This document shows, piece by piece, positions 11,219 through 34,030 of a stretch of DNA of 64,000 bases (within the stretch, counting starts at the first letter, position 1; the number at the start of each line of letters is the position of its first letter). Made by a program: the position numbers and the translations under genes. The stretch comes from Bugula neritina (Eukaryota > Animalia > Bryozoa): assembly GCA_964035545.1 (NCBI GenBank), contig OZ037767.1, forward strand, positions 13,439,801 through 13,503,800, read 5' to 3'. The notes under the pieces were generated by a model. The model had not been told where the DNA came from and did no database searches. It saw only the letters and a program-made list of their open reading frames with translations.

Positions 11219-11523
11219 TGTGGTGGTTCGTGGAACTACCAGCAGCACAACATGTAGGGTCGCGTAATTGACCCGGAACAATGGATAGCCAATTAGCGTA
11301 GTTGATAGTTAGCAGCAATTGTAGTTTCCCGCTGCTAACTCAGTCGAAGCTAGAGTGTGAAATAGATTAGATGTGTAACTTGTTTGGAAATAATGTATCG
11401 TTTTTATAATGTATAATTGTGTGTAAAATATACTCGTTCACTCGACTTATCCTGGTGCAGTTCTATAGCTAATAAATAGACTCTCTGGATAGCACATCAA
11501 CCCTAAATCTGAAAATCATAACA
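11219..11523 (+). repeat. 3' LTR
   Basis: Same 305-bp sequence as the 5' LTR, followed by TSD ATAT. Confidence 0.97.
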
Positions 11524-11903
11524 ATATAATATTGTTTGCCTTCAATTATTTTATTGTATAAAGTAGTTTTTCTACAAAAGTACATAAAATTTGAAAGTTT
11601 ATAAAATGGGTAGACTTGATTGAAACTGGATTTGGAAATCAAATGTGGTGAGTTGAGCTGTAAAATTAATATGGAGTATATAAAAGCAGAAACAAGGAAG
11701 GTTACATAATAGTGGCTTCAAAGAGATTAAAAAGAGAACAACAATTCAAAGCTATTTTAGTGTTACTTAAATAATTCATGGGGAATATCTAAATGTGGAG
11801 TTGAAGTAGGAAAAAATCACTCTTGAATACACATCTGGTTCTGTATAGGTTATAAAGTTCGTTGCAGGAGAAAAACCTTACAGTCTTAAAATCTCTGTTC
11901 AGA

Positions 11904-21101
<9,198 letters not shown>

Positions 21102-21413
21102 TCTAAAGCAAAAATCATTGTGTTGTGCTTTAAATTGCATAGCACCATAAAAACATTTCCAATAGCCAATAATAGATGTGAATAATTTAATTACCAAAAC
21201 ATATGTAATAGCTTTACAAGCTCTAAGAAGATATAATGCATTATTATATATCCATAAAAGATAAAAACAAACAAAAGTCGTGAAACAGAATATAACAATT
21301 AAACATGTCATACTATTAACACAGTTACATATAAACTACTATAATAAATCACACATATACTATTATATTAATATATTATATAAAGGTTAAGGACAAGTAA
21401 TGGTAAACTCACA

Positions 21414-21660
21414 TGTTAGTATGATATGTTGAAACTTCTATCAGAATATTGTTCTTTAGTTCACTTCAACTGATTTGATATTCTTACCAGTAACCAAGAG
21501 CTTATATACATGTAATCAGCCAATCAGCAATTAGAAGGAAGAAGGAAATTATGTTATCAGGAGAGCAAATATAGCAAGAATAAAACATGTAACTTTATGA
21601 GATTGAAAACAATATGTCTACTGAATTACAACCTGAGTGGGAGCCATTGTGCAATATGCT
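21414..21660 (-). promoter_or_regulatory. Gene A promoter and non-coding exon 1
   Basis: TATATAAG (21508-21501), CCAAT box, TCAGTT Inr-like motif, exon ending CAT/GTGAGT; conserved in all five copies. Confidence 0.8.
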
Positions 21661-21989
21661 GTTTACTAAGCAGAACATCAAAACATCAATGTCAGGTCAG
21701 ATAGAATATCTGCTAACAGAAAACATGAAAATCAGTAAAACTTGTTTCATGGATCCAGTGGTCAGCGACTAAACCGATTAGCACGTGAAACTGGACGTCG
21801 TCCAATTAGTGTGAGGTGACACACACTTCTAAAAGAGCAAGGAATAACATACTTATCTCCTCATCGATCACTGCAACAGATGAGGGGATCGGTCTGTCTA
21901 GGCTTGTCCTTGCCATTGATAACACCCTTTTCTGCCAAATGTGTGCTATTGATTATGCAAAAGCTAGAAGTACCTCAAATCTTTTGCAA

Positions 21990-23370
21990 GCAGTTTTCAT
22001 GGTATATTAAAAACAAATTCATGCCAGCTCTGAGGTATACAAATATGGTTCTCAGAAAAATGCAGGTTGTCTTCTTAAATTACTACAGAATCTGTGAGAC
22101 ACAGAAATCATGCCACAAGACTGGAGCAATGCAAGCATTATTCCATTATTTAGGAAAGGTGATAGGAAAGATTGTGGAAATTAATGGGGTACATCCCCTT
22201 CATCTATTGTAGGCCAGATTCTCTCCCGCATACTATTAATTTGGCTAAACTCACAGAAAGAAAGTGTAAATTTAGGAATGAAAGAAGTACAATAGATACG
22301 GCTTTCTGCTTGAAGTGAGTGCAAAAAAGTGCATAGAACAAGATATGCTACTCTACATAGTGTTTTTGGCTTCAGTAAGGCGTTTGACACTGTGTCTAGA
22401 GCAGGTCCTTGGTAGGTCGTTAAAAAGCTTGGCTGTACAGCCAAGTTCAGTCGTATTATTGAAGCACTTCATGAAAACATGCAAGCAAATGTTTCATTGA
22501 ACAGTTCTATCACAAAATATTTTTCGGTAAGAAATGAAGTCAATCAAGAGTGTACGTCCTTGCGTCAGAATTTTTCTCACTTACCTGTCAGTCATGTTTG
22601 AAGTTGCCTTTAAAGAAAACTCAGAAAGGGTTATATATAAGAACTAAAAAAGAGGCAGACCTGTTTGATGTGTCTCATTTCAAGTCTAAAACCAAAACCA
22701 CTACTGAGTTAGTGAAAAACTTGCTGTTTGCTGATGATAGTGCTTTAGTGGCTCATCATCTGATAATATGTCAAATTTTCAAAAGATTTTAGTCTAAGTC
22801 AAGAAGGCAGAATAATGCCTCTATAAGCCTCTGAAGTTTTAAAGTGAAACTTTTTAAGCAAAAACCATAATCATCAACAGAGAACTTTTAAAAATGTGTA
22901 AAATTCTCAAGTACCATAAAATCACAATAGCTGAAAATGCTAAACTATAAATCTGAGAGTAAGTAATTCTAATGCAGTGTATGAACAATTGAGAACCAGA
23001 TTTTAGAATAATGTTTCAATCAAAGTCATGGGTCAGGTGCATGGTGTTATGGTGCTCGCTGCCTCAGGGTATGGTACTGAGATCTGGACAAAATACAGTG
23101 TGCAAGCTGACAGACTGCAAGCATATGTTATGCAACATCTGTGCTTAATCATGGGTATCGAATTTGGAGAGACAAGGATACTAACCATGAAGTACTAAAA
23201 AGAGACAGTTTACCATCTTTAAAATTTATCCTCATTCAGATGAATTTGAGATGGCTATAGGACATCTCAAGAGGATGAACCATAGCTGTTTACCTAGACA
23301 TCTCCTTTATTCCCAGATAAAAGAAGGTAAGCGTAGCCAAAGACTGAAGTTTAAACCTACTGTAAAACAG
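21990..23370 (+). pseudogene. Decayed RTE-clade non-LTR retrotransposon RT fragment
   Basis: Broken-frame motifs RKGDRKDCGN, KCIEQ, KAFDTVSR, LYIRTKKEADLF, LLFADDSALVAH, LRWL. Confidence 0.8.
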
Positions 23371-23949
23371 ATAGATACGAGCAGAGGTGGCTAGCAAAAG
23401 AAAGCTAAATATAAAGACCATCGAGATGTTTGATGAAACCAAATTGACAGCAGTAATTTTGTATATGATGATAATAACATCAAAAAACACTATTAAACAG
23501 GTTGTTTTTAGATATTACCATAACAAAAAGAAATTTTGTGTGCTCAAAGAAACTTCCTAAATAATCATTTAATGATTAGACTCCCAGTTCGAAAGATAAA
23601 AGCTTATACAGTGGTTTTCACTTTGATTGGGTGAGTTATAATTTTATCGTCACATAAATATCAAAAACAAGTGTTTCTTTATATCCCAAAAGAGCTGCAA
23701 ATATTATTTAAGTGCAGTAGCTGATAAATTTAGATAGCCTAATTTTTTTATTTTCCTAAGAAATTTTGGTTTGGGGCAAATGTTGAAAGTCTCTCGAGAA
23801 CATAACTTTCTTGTCAGATTCTGATAGCCTGGAAAACTGCTGTTTCTCAAATTCTCTATTACATCACTCACCACACAAACATATAAATATAATTTTCAGC
23901 TTGGTGCACTTTAGAAGGAAGTCAATTTGAAAAGCTTTCCAAACAATGA

Positions 23950-24118
23950 TACACACACACGCTACACACGCCACACACGCCACACACGCCACACACGCCA
24001 CACACGCCACACACGCCACACACGCCACACACGCCACACACGCCACACACGCCACACACGCCACACACGCCACACACGCCACACACGCCACACACGCCAC
24101 ACACACACACACACACAT
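23950..24118. repeat. (CACACGCCA)n 9-bp tandem repeat ending in (CA)n
   Basis: About 15 near-perfect units. Confidence 0.97.
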
Positions 24119-25379
24119 CCAACACAGACTCTTTCCCAGTACATATCACAATGTTATGGGATGTGCAGATTAGTGTACAAAACTAATCATGAGTATATGT
24201 TATCCCTTGTCACGCTCAGAATATCATAAACATGAGTTACGATTTTTCAATAAAAGAAATCAATAATCAGATATCTATTAATCCTACAATGAAAATTGCG
24301 TAATATATCTGCTTAATTGAGTTTTTTAGTTAATTTAACTCCATAAAATTTCAAAAATTCTAATTTTTTTCACTCAAATATTATCTATGTAGTTGCTCGA
24401 GCTTGTGGTCATTTTAACATCAGTTAAAAACATTTTCCCCATAATTTATATTTAAAATTCAGGTTATAGTGACAGGGAATGGGATTTTGGCTGCAGTAAG
24501 TTTACATATGCCTCTCTGTTTATACACTTAGCGCAAATTAAAATCACTAAACAAGAAAATATAAAGCAACCTGACAACCGAATATATAAATAGTAGATTA
24601 GATTTGAAAGTTGAGTCAAAAAGTTAACACTAATTTCAGTAACTTGTTATTTAATTCAAATGCAGTAACTTTCTTCATTGTCTTTCCATAGATCAATCTC
24701 AGTCAGTTGGATCAGTTTGATTGCTTTTTCCATTACATTCTCAGCTCATGTGAAAGGTACTTTATAAGTTTGACTAATATATTTACATGCTTCACTTGAC
24801 TGAGTGGCTGAAGTTATTGCAAAAAACAAATCGGCATCTTGGATGGGTGCAAAATAGCATCCACTATTAACTAGCTGTCTATAAACAACAATATTTGATG
24901 AGAAACCATAATTGGTTGTTTCGTTTTTAAAATTCTACACTGATTCTAAATTTATAAATTGCAAAACACTATTTTTATTCAAAACAAAATTTTCAACAGA
25001 AACACATGTTTGCTATATGAATGACACATTACATTTGGCAGAAGCATACATAATAAGTATATGAAAGAAGCTAGTTATGTAAGATCAAAAGCTTTTTATG
25101 CTGATGTATCAAAGAATTGCGTGTTTAAAAAAATATATTATATATTAAAGATGAGTCTTTTATTGGTCCGCCGGTAATCACTAAAAATCTGTAAAAATGG
25201 AACAAGATTCTGTAAATGCATTTTAAAATCACAAAAATATAGGGATGATTAAAATGTATAATGTAAAATTACTTGCTTGAAGCAAATTATATAACAAATG
25301 TTTCAAAGTACTGCTTCATGGTATAAAGTTTTCTTACCATCATCATTACTGCCATTAATTTCATTTGCGTAGTTTTCTC

Positions 25380-26600
25380 TAAAGTATCTTCTGTTTAGAC
25401 AAGCGTTGCATTTACACACACCAGTGCACCGCATTTAAGATTTCTGACATTCACATCAGGATGTATTGCAACTGGTTTTACAGCAGCAGTATAATATGTT
25501 TTTCAATGCATTTTTGGGCACAAAGGCTTGAGTCAGTCATTTTATAGTGATGCTGTCATTATCAACAATTTCTATCCATAGTATTCTGGAAATGGTGCAT
25601 TGACAAAAGCAATTGTTGCCCTTCTCTAGGTAGCTGCCTTTTAAATATTTTACTTACTTCATAAGTTCAATTTTTGTGTGGAAAGCTGCAAGTTTTATTG
25701 AGCCATCTTTGTTGGAGAAAAGAATGCAGCATATATCAAACATCATCTATGTGTACTTACAAACTTTTCTATTTAAGTAGCTGTTCAAAGCTTTCAGCAC
25801 AATCTGAATGGTTTTGTTCAAGAAGGAGTAGACTATGTGCAGTTTCTTTTCCATAAAAGTGCTAATCAAATCACAACCTGTTAAAGCATATAAGCTAGGA
25901 AGTGCTGCACTGCACACAACTCATATTCAAGCTCATTTGCAGCAAACTTAATATTTAAATATCTCATATATATGATCACCACGTTTTATGAATGAATATA
26001 AATTTCCAAATGGTAGTATATTGCAAATATTGTGAATTTATTATTATACCCTTGATGGAGAGAACATTCTTCGGAAAATATTTTGCATACATGTAAGATC
26101 ATGCATGTAGGCAGGTGTCTCATCACACTATACTTTGGTTTTCTTAAAAACTCTGCCATGCATGTTTTGAAAGTTCTAGGTAAATGCAGTTTTCCTCGAA
26201 CCCAACAGCTATGAAAATATCCCTCTATAGCCTTTTTTCGCGATATGTTTTTCACAAAAAATTCACCATCATTTTTCTTGTTGCTAATTGCCAGGAAATT
26301 GCAAAATTTGACTAGAAATTTATATTTGAACCAAAAACAGCTGTTCTATGACCACATATCAGAGCATGCCTTGATCTCTCCACATTCTTAAAAATCTATC
26401 CTGCATGAAGAATTATAGGAATGGGCCGTTACAATAATTTTTGAAAGGAATGCATCAGCATGCAAACCAAATGTAGGAACAGCTTTCACTTTTTGAAGTT
26501 TTGCCATTTCATCAAAAATAATATAGTTGGTTTTTAGGCAGGAGAATGTGTAAAGCATTAGAGCAGTCTGCAGTCAATTCTTTTTCAATAGTATTCATAG
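25380..26600 (-). pseudogene. Decayed Academ-like DNA transposon ORF (XPG-like segment and Cys-rich C-terminus)
   Basis: Minus-strand fragments ALPSLYALTGCDLISTF (about 25910-25860) and YCCCK..CNTS*CEC..LKCG (about 25495-25420); many stops; boundaries approximate. Confidence 0.5.
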
Positions 26601-28467
26601 GAGCACATATAGGCTCATAAAATTCTTATACATAATATAAAATTGAGTTTAACTATCAAGTATAGGTGTTATGCTCCGACTAGAACCAGACTCTAAAATG
26701 GTCTGCAAGTACAAAACAATTTTGATAAAATTGTAAGTGGGTAATCGTGATTTGAGTTATTTTTATCATAGGTCGACTAGTTATAGCAATGCTTATATGC
26801 GTTTAGCGAGGAAATTTCCTTTAGACTCTTATTTTCATCGCTATCATCTAAGCTTCTTTTATACTTTCTAATGTGATAGTAAAAATGTTGCCTAAAATTG
26901 GATAGAGATATTTATATAACGGAAATGCGTGCCTAGGTAACCTTTAGCATAAATGTGTTAGGTCTGTGATAATTAACCTGCTCAGGCATGGATGATACCT
27001 GGTGTTCATTCTTCTGGTTTGCTCAATCAGTCTAAATTCTAGAACAGCTTGCCCTAGTTTTCTAGTAAGAAATTATATTCTTTTGTGACACATGATGCAC
27101 ATAAAAAACTACTTGCCCATGATCTTTGAATAAGGCACGTCCAGATCTTTTTTCTATAATAGGTGGCCTAAACATAATTATATTATAATATATTTTCAAT
27201 TATAGCAAAGCTTTAGGGTATTTCCTTTGTAAATATAATTGAGCTAAATAAATTTTGACTCAAAAGTCATCATTAAAATAGTATGAAAGTTATGCATTTT
27301 AACCAACAGCATTATTGTTATAAAAACATTGCTTTTATAACATATTATATAGTTCAATTTAAATTCGTTGGTAAAGCTCAATTGTACAAATCTAAAATAT
27401 ATTCTATAAAGTCCAGACTAACCTGCTCATGTTTTTCATTACTTTTTTTAGTAAAATTAGCTATTATATTTAAAATCATTGGCTTTAATAATGTCAAGAT
27501 ATTTAATCAATTTATACAAAATTAGAGGAAAACAACTCCTTCAAAAGTTTCAAGCGCTTTTGTGATAAACTGGGTGGACAAAACAGTCTGCAATAATTTG
27601 ATAAATGCGATTAAGACAATGATATGACCTACATGTATCAACAAATATTTCAAATTGCTTGTTTTATAGTCATTAAAATACTCAACGTAATAGTATAATG
27701 CAGATTAGTGCTGGTTTTAACTACGCATTACAGAAAAGGCTGGAAGGGGATGCCCCAACATTAAAGCACAGGTCATTGTCATATGCACTTAATATTCTAT
27801 ATGTGCGGACCGTTACGAAAAAAACCGTAACGGTTCGTAACCAAAACTAGCTGAATAATTAGGGAAGAACATGGGAAATGAAGCAAAATTAAAAGAACTT
27901 TGATTATTTAGGTGTATTTATTGGTGTTTTACTAGTTTTAGCCAAAAAACCATGCGTTCATTACCAGCTAAATTGCGAAAAATAGCCAAAAACTGAAGAT
28001 TTCGAGTGTGTACTAAATTAGGTAAAATGACTCATATACAGGAAAACTCAAAATGTTCAATAGTCAACAGCTTTGAATTTTTTTTAAAATTATTTTTATT
28101 CAAAACAATTTTGTGCGTAAAAACAAAAATTTAATCAGCGTTTACATCTACACCCTATAAACAATAATATGTTATCATAACCACATCTAAAAACACATGA
28201 GGCATTCATTAAAGCAATTTGATTAGCAATCAATTAATACATTTGTAAACATTGATTGACTGCAAAAACTTATGGATCAACTTCTGAGAGTGAATTAATT
28301 TCAAAGCAAGTGCTATGTAGCAGTTTGACGGTCACAGCAACATCTAAAAACACACATCTGTCAATTAAACAGTTAATATTCTTGCCGTGACTTAGCAGCA
28401 AACCTATGGAAAAGGTCTTGGGAGGGAAGTGAATTATATTCAAAGCAATGAGGCTATAGTAGACTAA

Positions 28468-28827
28468 AGGCCTGGCTTCACAATTGTGAGAATCACACGA
28501 AATCGTCTATTTGACGCAAAAAAACATTCGTGCAAAAAAATTTGAGGGAATTCAAATGAAAGGATCTTGGTTGGGTGTACACAACGCTGACGGACAAAAA
28601 ATCACAATCGACAATAAGCACCATTTGATTGGTCAATGGAATTTTAGCAACAGTAATTATTTCATTTCTACCATGTTTATCTATTTGGCAATTTTCTGTT
28701 GTTTGTATCTCGTGCAAGACTCATTCATGGACTATTTATTATGTGTGTGGCTGGTCATAACGAGAGGATAACTCACGAAAATCGTCACACGATTTCGTGT
28801 GATTCTCACAACCGTGAGGCCAGACCT
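28468..28827. mobile_element. PIF/Harbinger-like MITE (360 bp)
   Basis: TAA TSD both sides; ~38-bp TIR AGGCCTGGCTTCACAATTGTGAGAATCACACGAAATCG / CGATTTCGTGTGATTCTCACAACCGTGAGGCCAGACCT. Confidence 0.85.
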
Positions 28828-29867
28828 TAAAAATAATACAAAAAAGATGGCCGTATTTGTAGATGTCTTGGATTTAGTGACCATCATTAAATAGCTAAAC
28901 ATATGCATGTGACAATACAATCAAAGCATGTGACAACCAATTACAACCTACTAATATTTTTATGGTTATAGCTCCGATTGATTGAAGTTAGAATATCAAA
29001 TTGGATTGGCTCACTATTGAATACGGGTGCAACACTTTCCCTGCTTCATGGTTGTGATAAGATTTTTACAAATATACTGCATTCATATTTACAATTGTTT
29101 TATTTTGAATTTTATTAAAATTATTTGTTTTAGTTTTGTTTTCATCTATATGAATTATATATAAAATATTTTCAGATATTTTTTAAAGAGTAGCTATATT
29201 AAGTAATTAACATTAGCATAAAAATTATACTCACAATTACTATAACGTCATTAGTTTTGTTTTCATCCTCATTAATAATATATAAAATCACTCCAGTTGT
29301 TTTTATTAACTAGCTGTATAGTAATTAATATACAGCTAGAATTTATATATTCACTAGTATTATAATGCCATTATTATTGATAGTTATTGCTTAAATTATG
29401 ATTTACTTAGTGTTTTTGTGGTAATTTTGTAAGTTATGTATCATACCATAAGGAATGCTAATGCAATGAGGTGAATACTATGTTAATATATTGTTGGTTT
29501 CTTCAATGATTTTATTGTGTAAAACGCTTTTATAATAAAAGTACATACATGTTGAATGGTAACAAAATAGATGAAACTTGATTGAGATTGGATTTGCGAA
29601 TCAAACGTGTTGATTTGAGTAGTAAATAAGGAGTATATAAAAGCAGCAAACAAAGAAAGTTACATAATAGTATGCATTCATAAAGGGATGTAAAATATAA
29701 CATCAAATATTATGTCAAAACTATTTTAATGTTACTCAAATAAGTCATAAAGATCTCTGATTGGAAAGTAGCATTAGGAGAAGATAATTCTTGAAAGCAC
29801 AGCTGGGTCTGTATAGACAGAGTTCTTGTAGGTGAAAACTCTAAGAGCCTTAGAATCTCTGTTCAGA

Positions 29868-32800
29868 TTAGTACAACCATGACCAGTCTACAATGTTGTG
29901 AGGATTAAATTAGAGTAGAACAATAAGATGGTACTTATAAACTTATCAAACAGCTGCAGGCTATATAGATCTAGTAACAAAGTGCTATGTATAAGTAAAT
30001 CTATAGATTATATTAACAATATAGTAGAGGTACATAGTATAGAGTCTTACCATCAGTGGTAGTTGGAATGGGTGTGGTGGTTGGTACAGGATTATCTACA
30101 GAAAAAATGATATGAATTATTTGTTAATATTTAATTATAGTCTAATTTACTGAATAGTTTGTAATTTGAACCAGCTGTGACAGAATTAATCAAACATCAG
30201 CCAAGAATAAAAGCCATGGCATGTTAAGTTGAGATTCTAAAACATCGCTTGTTTGCACCAATATTTTATAGATTATATACTTATCAATTTCACCTTTGAT
30301 CAGTTTAGAAAGTTTGATTAATTTTGACATAAACATTATATAAGTATGAATTAATGATAACACGTGAAGGGCCTATATTGAATGGTAACTCACTTGTTGG
30401 GCAGATGGCAGTAGGAGAGGATCTGGTAAAGCTGCATCCTCCAGAAGTTCCATCACTTGACACCTGAAAAACATTATCAGTGTTATAACTTCTTGATCAT
30501 TGAACAATGGAATTTCGGTGTTGAATGAGGATAGAGCAAAGCTTCGCCATTGATTCAGGAGGTGCAGCTACAATATAAGTATTATTGAGAACGACTCACC
30601 TTGATGTAGAAGCAATCATCTGGTATTGGTACAGCAGAGCTGGAGACCAGGTGAGTGCTGTTGACTCTCTCCAGAGAAATTGTGTCAAACACTGTACCAT
30701 CTAATCCCTCTATATCCAGAGTGTTGAAAATTGCAGCAGCTGAAGGTTCTGATACCTCAACGTAGACAATAGCCTTTGCTTCTGTAAAATTAACAGACAT
30801 TATTGTGAGAAAACAGCAAGGAAAGTACATTAAATGGTAGGTAGAAATTTATCATATATTTGTATACACTGCAGCTAGAAGATACGGTAGACTTACCAGT
30901 GGATGGAGTCTTTTCAATTAGACCACCTTGTAAAAAGGATGGCACAATTCCAAGAGTACTTCTGGCTGAAAATAGTGTAGTAATAATACTGTCAGTTTCA
31001 CTTTTGAAACTGCAATGAATGATGCATGGTGAATGATGCTGTGTGCATAGTTTTGTCATTTATAGTCTTTTAACATACAAGAAGATCAATGCATAACTGG
31101 GTTCAGTTTTGACAATTATTCAACTAAATTAAATTATGTTACCTGATATTTTCAAAGTATGATCAGCAGATGATGAGAAGGAGACAGAGTAAGTCCCAGC
31201 TGTAGGACTTACAATCTTCTTGACTTTAACACTTCCGATGTTAACAATGTTTACATATGCAGATGTTGGCAGTGGTGAACCTTTTAACAAAACATTAGAG
31301 AGATAGAAATTACACATGGTCAAATACTTGGGTTTTGTTGCTTAAAATTCTTTTAAGCTTTTCAAAATAAGAACTAAATTTCTTAGTATATATTTTGAAA
31401 GGATACTATGTTTTAACTTACCAGTAGAATCATGGAGACTCAGTACAGCAGATGGTCCAATCAGAGAGACTACTACATCATGTACAGAAGGATCAACACA
31501 GAAAGAGTGGAGATTGGTTTCTCCAGCTACAGGATTGTAGATTGACTCAAGAACCAGATCTCTATCTCCATCATCAGTGATGTTAGCAGCAGCTTTCTCA
31601 ATTATAATGTCAACTATCTGAAGCACAATACAATTACACTTTATACTAGATATAGGGGCTTCAACTTGAATTGCCTCTTAGATAATGAATTGTAAATCAA
31701 ATACAGCCATTATCCAAAAGCATATCAACTTTCTATGACTCTAAAAATGCTTCATTTATCAACTCACTGCTGCTACTTCACTTTTGCTGACTCTATAAAC
31801 TTCCCCTCCTGTCACACAAGCCAACTTGTCATAGATATCACCGGTGACACACGCATGATCAGCATCAGTTGTGGCACGTCGAAATCTCCACCCACTGCTC
31901 TGTCCACTGCTGGCAAGTTGCCCAACTGCTCGCCTTTTTCTAGTAGTTCCACACGTACCGGTGAGTATAGGAAACACCTACAATTAATGGTCAGAAAAGT
32001 TCTATTTCGAGTACAACATAGTCAGTTGGAAACTAGAAACAAACTATCGATACATAGATGCAGAGATATTTCCAACTTGTTCGGTAGATCTCAAAGGAGT
32101 ATTTTGATGTTATTTAAAGTGTATTTACCCGACAACCAGTAGACAAGGCCAGACGTCTAGCTGTAGGTCCAAGAGTTGGTCCATCTTTGGCAGATGCATC
32201 TGAGAAGAAATAGAGATGAGATTTTGGTTTGGCTGCTTCTATACCGGCTATGATACCAGTAGTTGCCAGCTCAGGACAATCACCTCCTCCCTGTAATTAC
32301 ATCATTTCCTGTTTGTAAAATGACTCATTCAACTACTGCTACTGCTATATATGGATATATAATTCTTTTCTTCAGAAGACATTTTGACAGTTCAGTCACT
32401 CAAACTAACGACTAATCCACAAAAAGCATACAAATGTGTTCAGTTTCTGTTTCTAACTGGCACATTCCATCAATAGTATAATGTACTTATACTATCACTC
32501 ATTTTGAATGATGTTGTATTAGACAAAAGCTATATCACAAAAACCAAACTCATATGTATATTATGAGAAGATTGCGGTAAGTATGCATGGGCAATAACAA
32601 TGTAGTATGAAATATAGATGAAATAAATCCACGGTTCTAATTATAATTTATAGTAAGGCACCCGTCATTATTTTAAAAACTCAGTCTACTTACAGTCACT
32701 GTTATGTTATTAAGAATGAAATTTCTTGCAGCATTAGCATCTTCTGTTGCAAATACAGGTCCAGTGGCTGAAACATACAGTACACATTATATAACACACT

Positions 32801-33378
32801 ACAGTACACACTGCAGTGCACATTACAGTAAACACTACAGTAAACACTACAGTACACAAAAATTAGCACTATGATATATAGATGACTATACAACTTACTT
32901 GGATCATTAAACAGAGAGATGACATAATGATCATATGTGTTTCCTGCAGCTGCCTTTTCAAACAGTTCTGCAGATTTAATTCTCACCTGAAAATATAAAT
33001 ATACTCATTAAGGATTTTCTAATAGAATAGTTACGTTGTTATTAAATTCGTGAAACTTGCAGCATGTTTTTGAAAACCAGGAAAAGTTATTTTTTAATTT
33101 AAATAAATTAATTTAAATAAATTAATTTAATCGAGAAAGCTTCTTATTGCAAGCACAATTTTTTTAATCATGTTTTAACAATAACTGATTCAATCATATT
33201 TATTGTTACAGTTTAAAGTAACTATAAAACAACTCACAGCAGCGATGTCATTGCCCATAGATCCGGTATTGTCTATTATCAAACCTATTGAAATACCACA
33301 TCTCACTGGTGCAGGTAGAAATACCAATAGAGCAGCACAAGCAACTGCTAAGCACATTGCTTTTGAATTCATTCCCAT
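29868..33378 (-). CDS. Gene B: secreted hemicentin/VWA7-like VWA-domain protein (464 aa)
   Basis: Coding exons 33378-33238, 32986-32899, 32767-32694, 32290-32129, 31977-31768, 31617-31422, 31280-31143, 30965-30897, 30781-30600, 30463-30394, 30095-30051, 29887-29868; phases compatible; ends DWSWLY*. Confidence 0.9.
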
Positions 33379-33744
33379 TCTAAAATAAGAAGACTATTGG
33401 CTGTGTTTTAAACTGCATAGCAACATTATAATATTGTCAATAACCAATAATAAATATAAATACTTCAATCACAAAACTCTGTGTGACTTTAAATGCTGTA
33501 CAAAAATAGTGATGCTTAAAATTGAATTTTGCTAAATATGATAACTTATTTTACAATATATTATTTGAAATTTTATGAATTAAATATAAATTTATTTGCA
33601 GACTAAAGTTTCTAACAGATGTGAAACAGAGTATGACAATTAAACATGTTCACTCTTAACTCAGTTACATATAAACTATAACAATAAGTCACATTATATA
33701 CTATTATATTAACAATATATAAAGACAAGTAGTGGTAAACTCAC

Positions 33745-34030
33745 ATGTTAGTATGATATGTTGAAACTTCTATCAGAATATTGTTCTTCGGTTTACTTCC
33801 ACTGATTTGATATTCTCACCAGTAACCAAGAGTTTATATACCTGCAGTCAGCCAATCAGCAATCAGCATGCAGGAACGAGGAACTAGGCTATTACATTCA
33901 AAGGGAAATACAAGGCATTGATCAAATATAGTTAGTGAAGCGTGTGAGGTTAGAAACAATATGTTTACTGAAACACTGCATGAGTGGTAGCTGAATTGTG
34001 CAACACGTTGTTTACTGAGTAATTGAAGAA
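33745..34030 (-). promoter_or_regulatory. Gene B promoter and non-coding exon 1
   Basis: TATATAAA 33840-33833, CCAAT box; mirror image of the gene C promoter. Confidence 0.8.

Larger units (their letters stand above)
4014..11523 (+). mobile_element. Full-length Ty3/Gypsy LTR retrotransposon (7510 bp)
   Basis: Two 305-bp LTRs (TG...CA); 4-bp TSD ATAT at 4010-4013 and 11524-11527; PBS, PPT, gag, and pol in PR-RT-RH-IN order. Confidence 0.98.

Noticed and set aside
28493-28771. ORFs of 74-86 aa
   Set aside because: Lie within a Harbinger-like MITE; no transposase motifs
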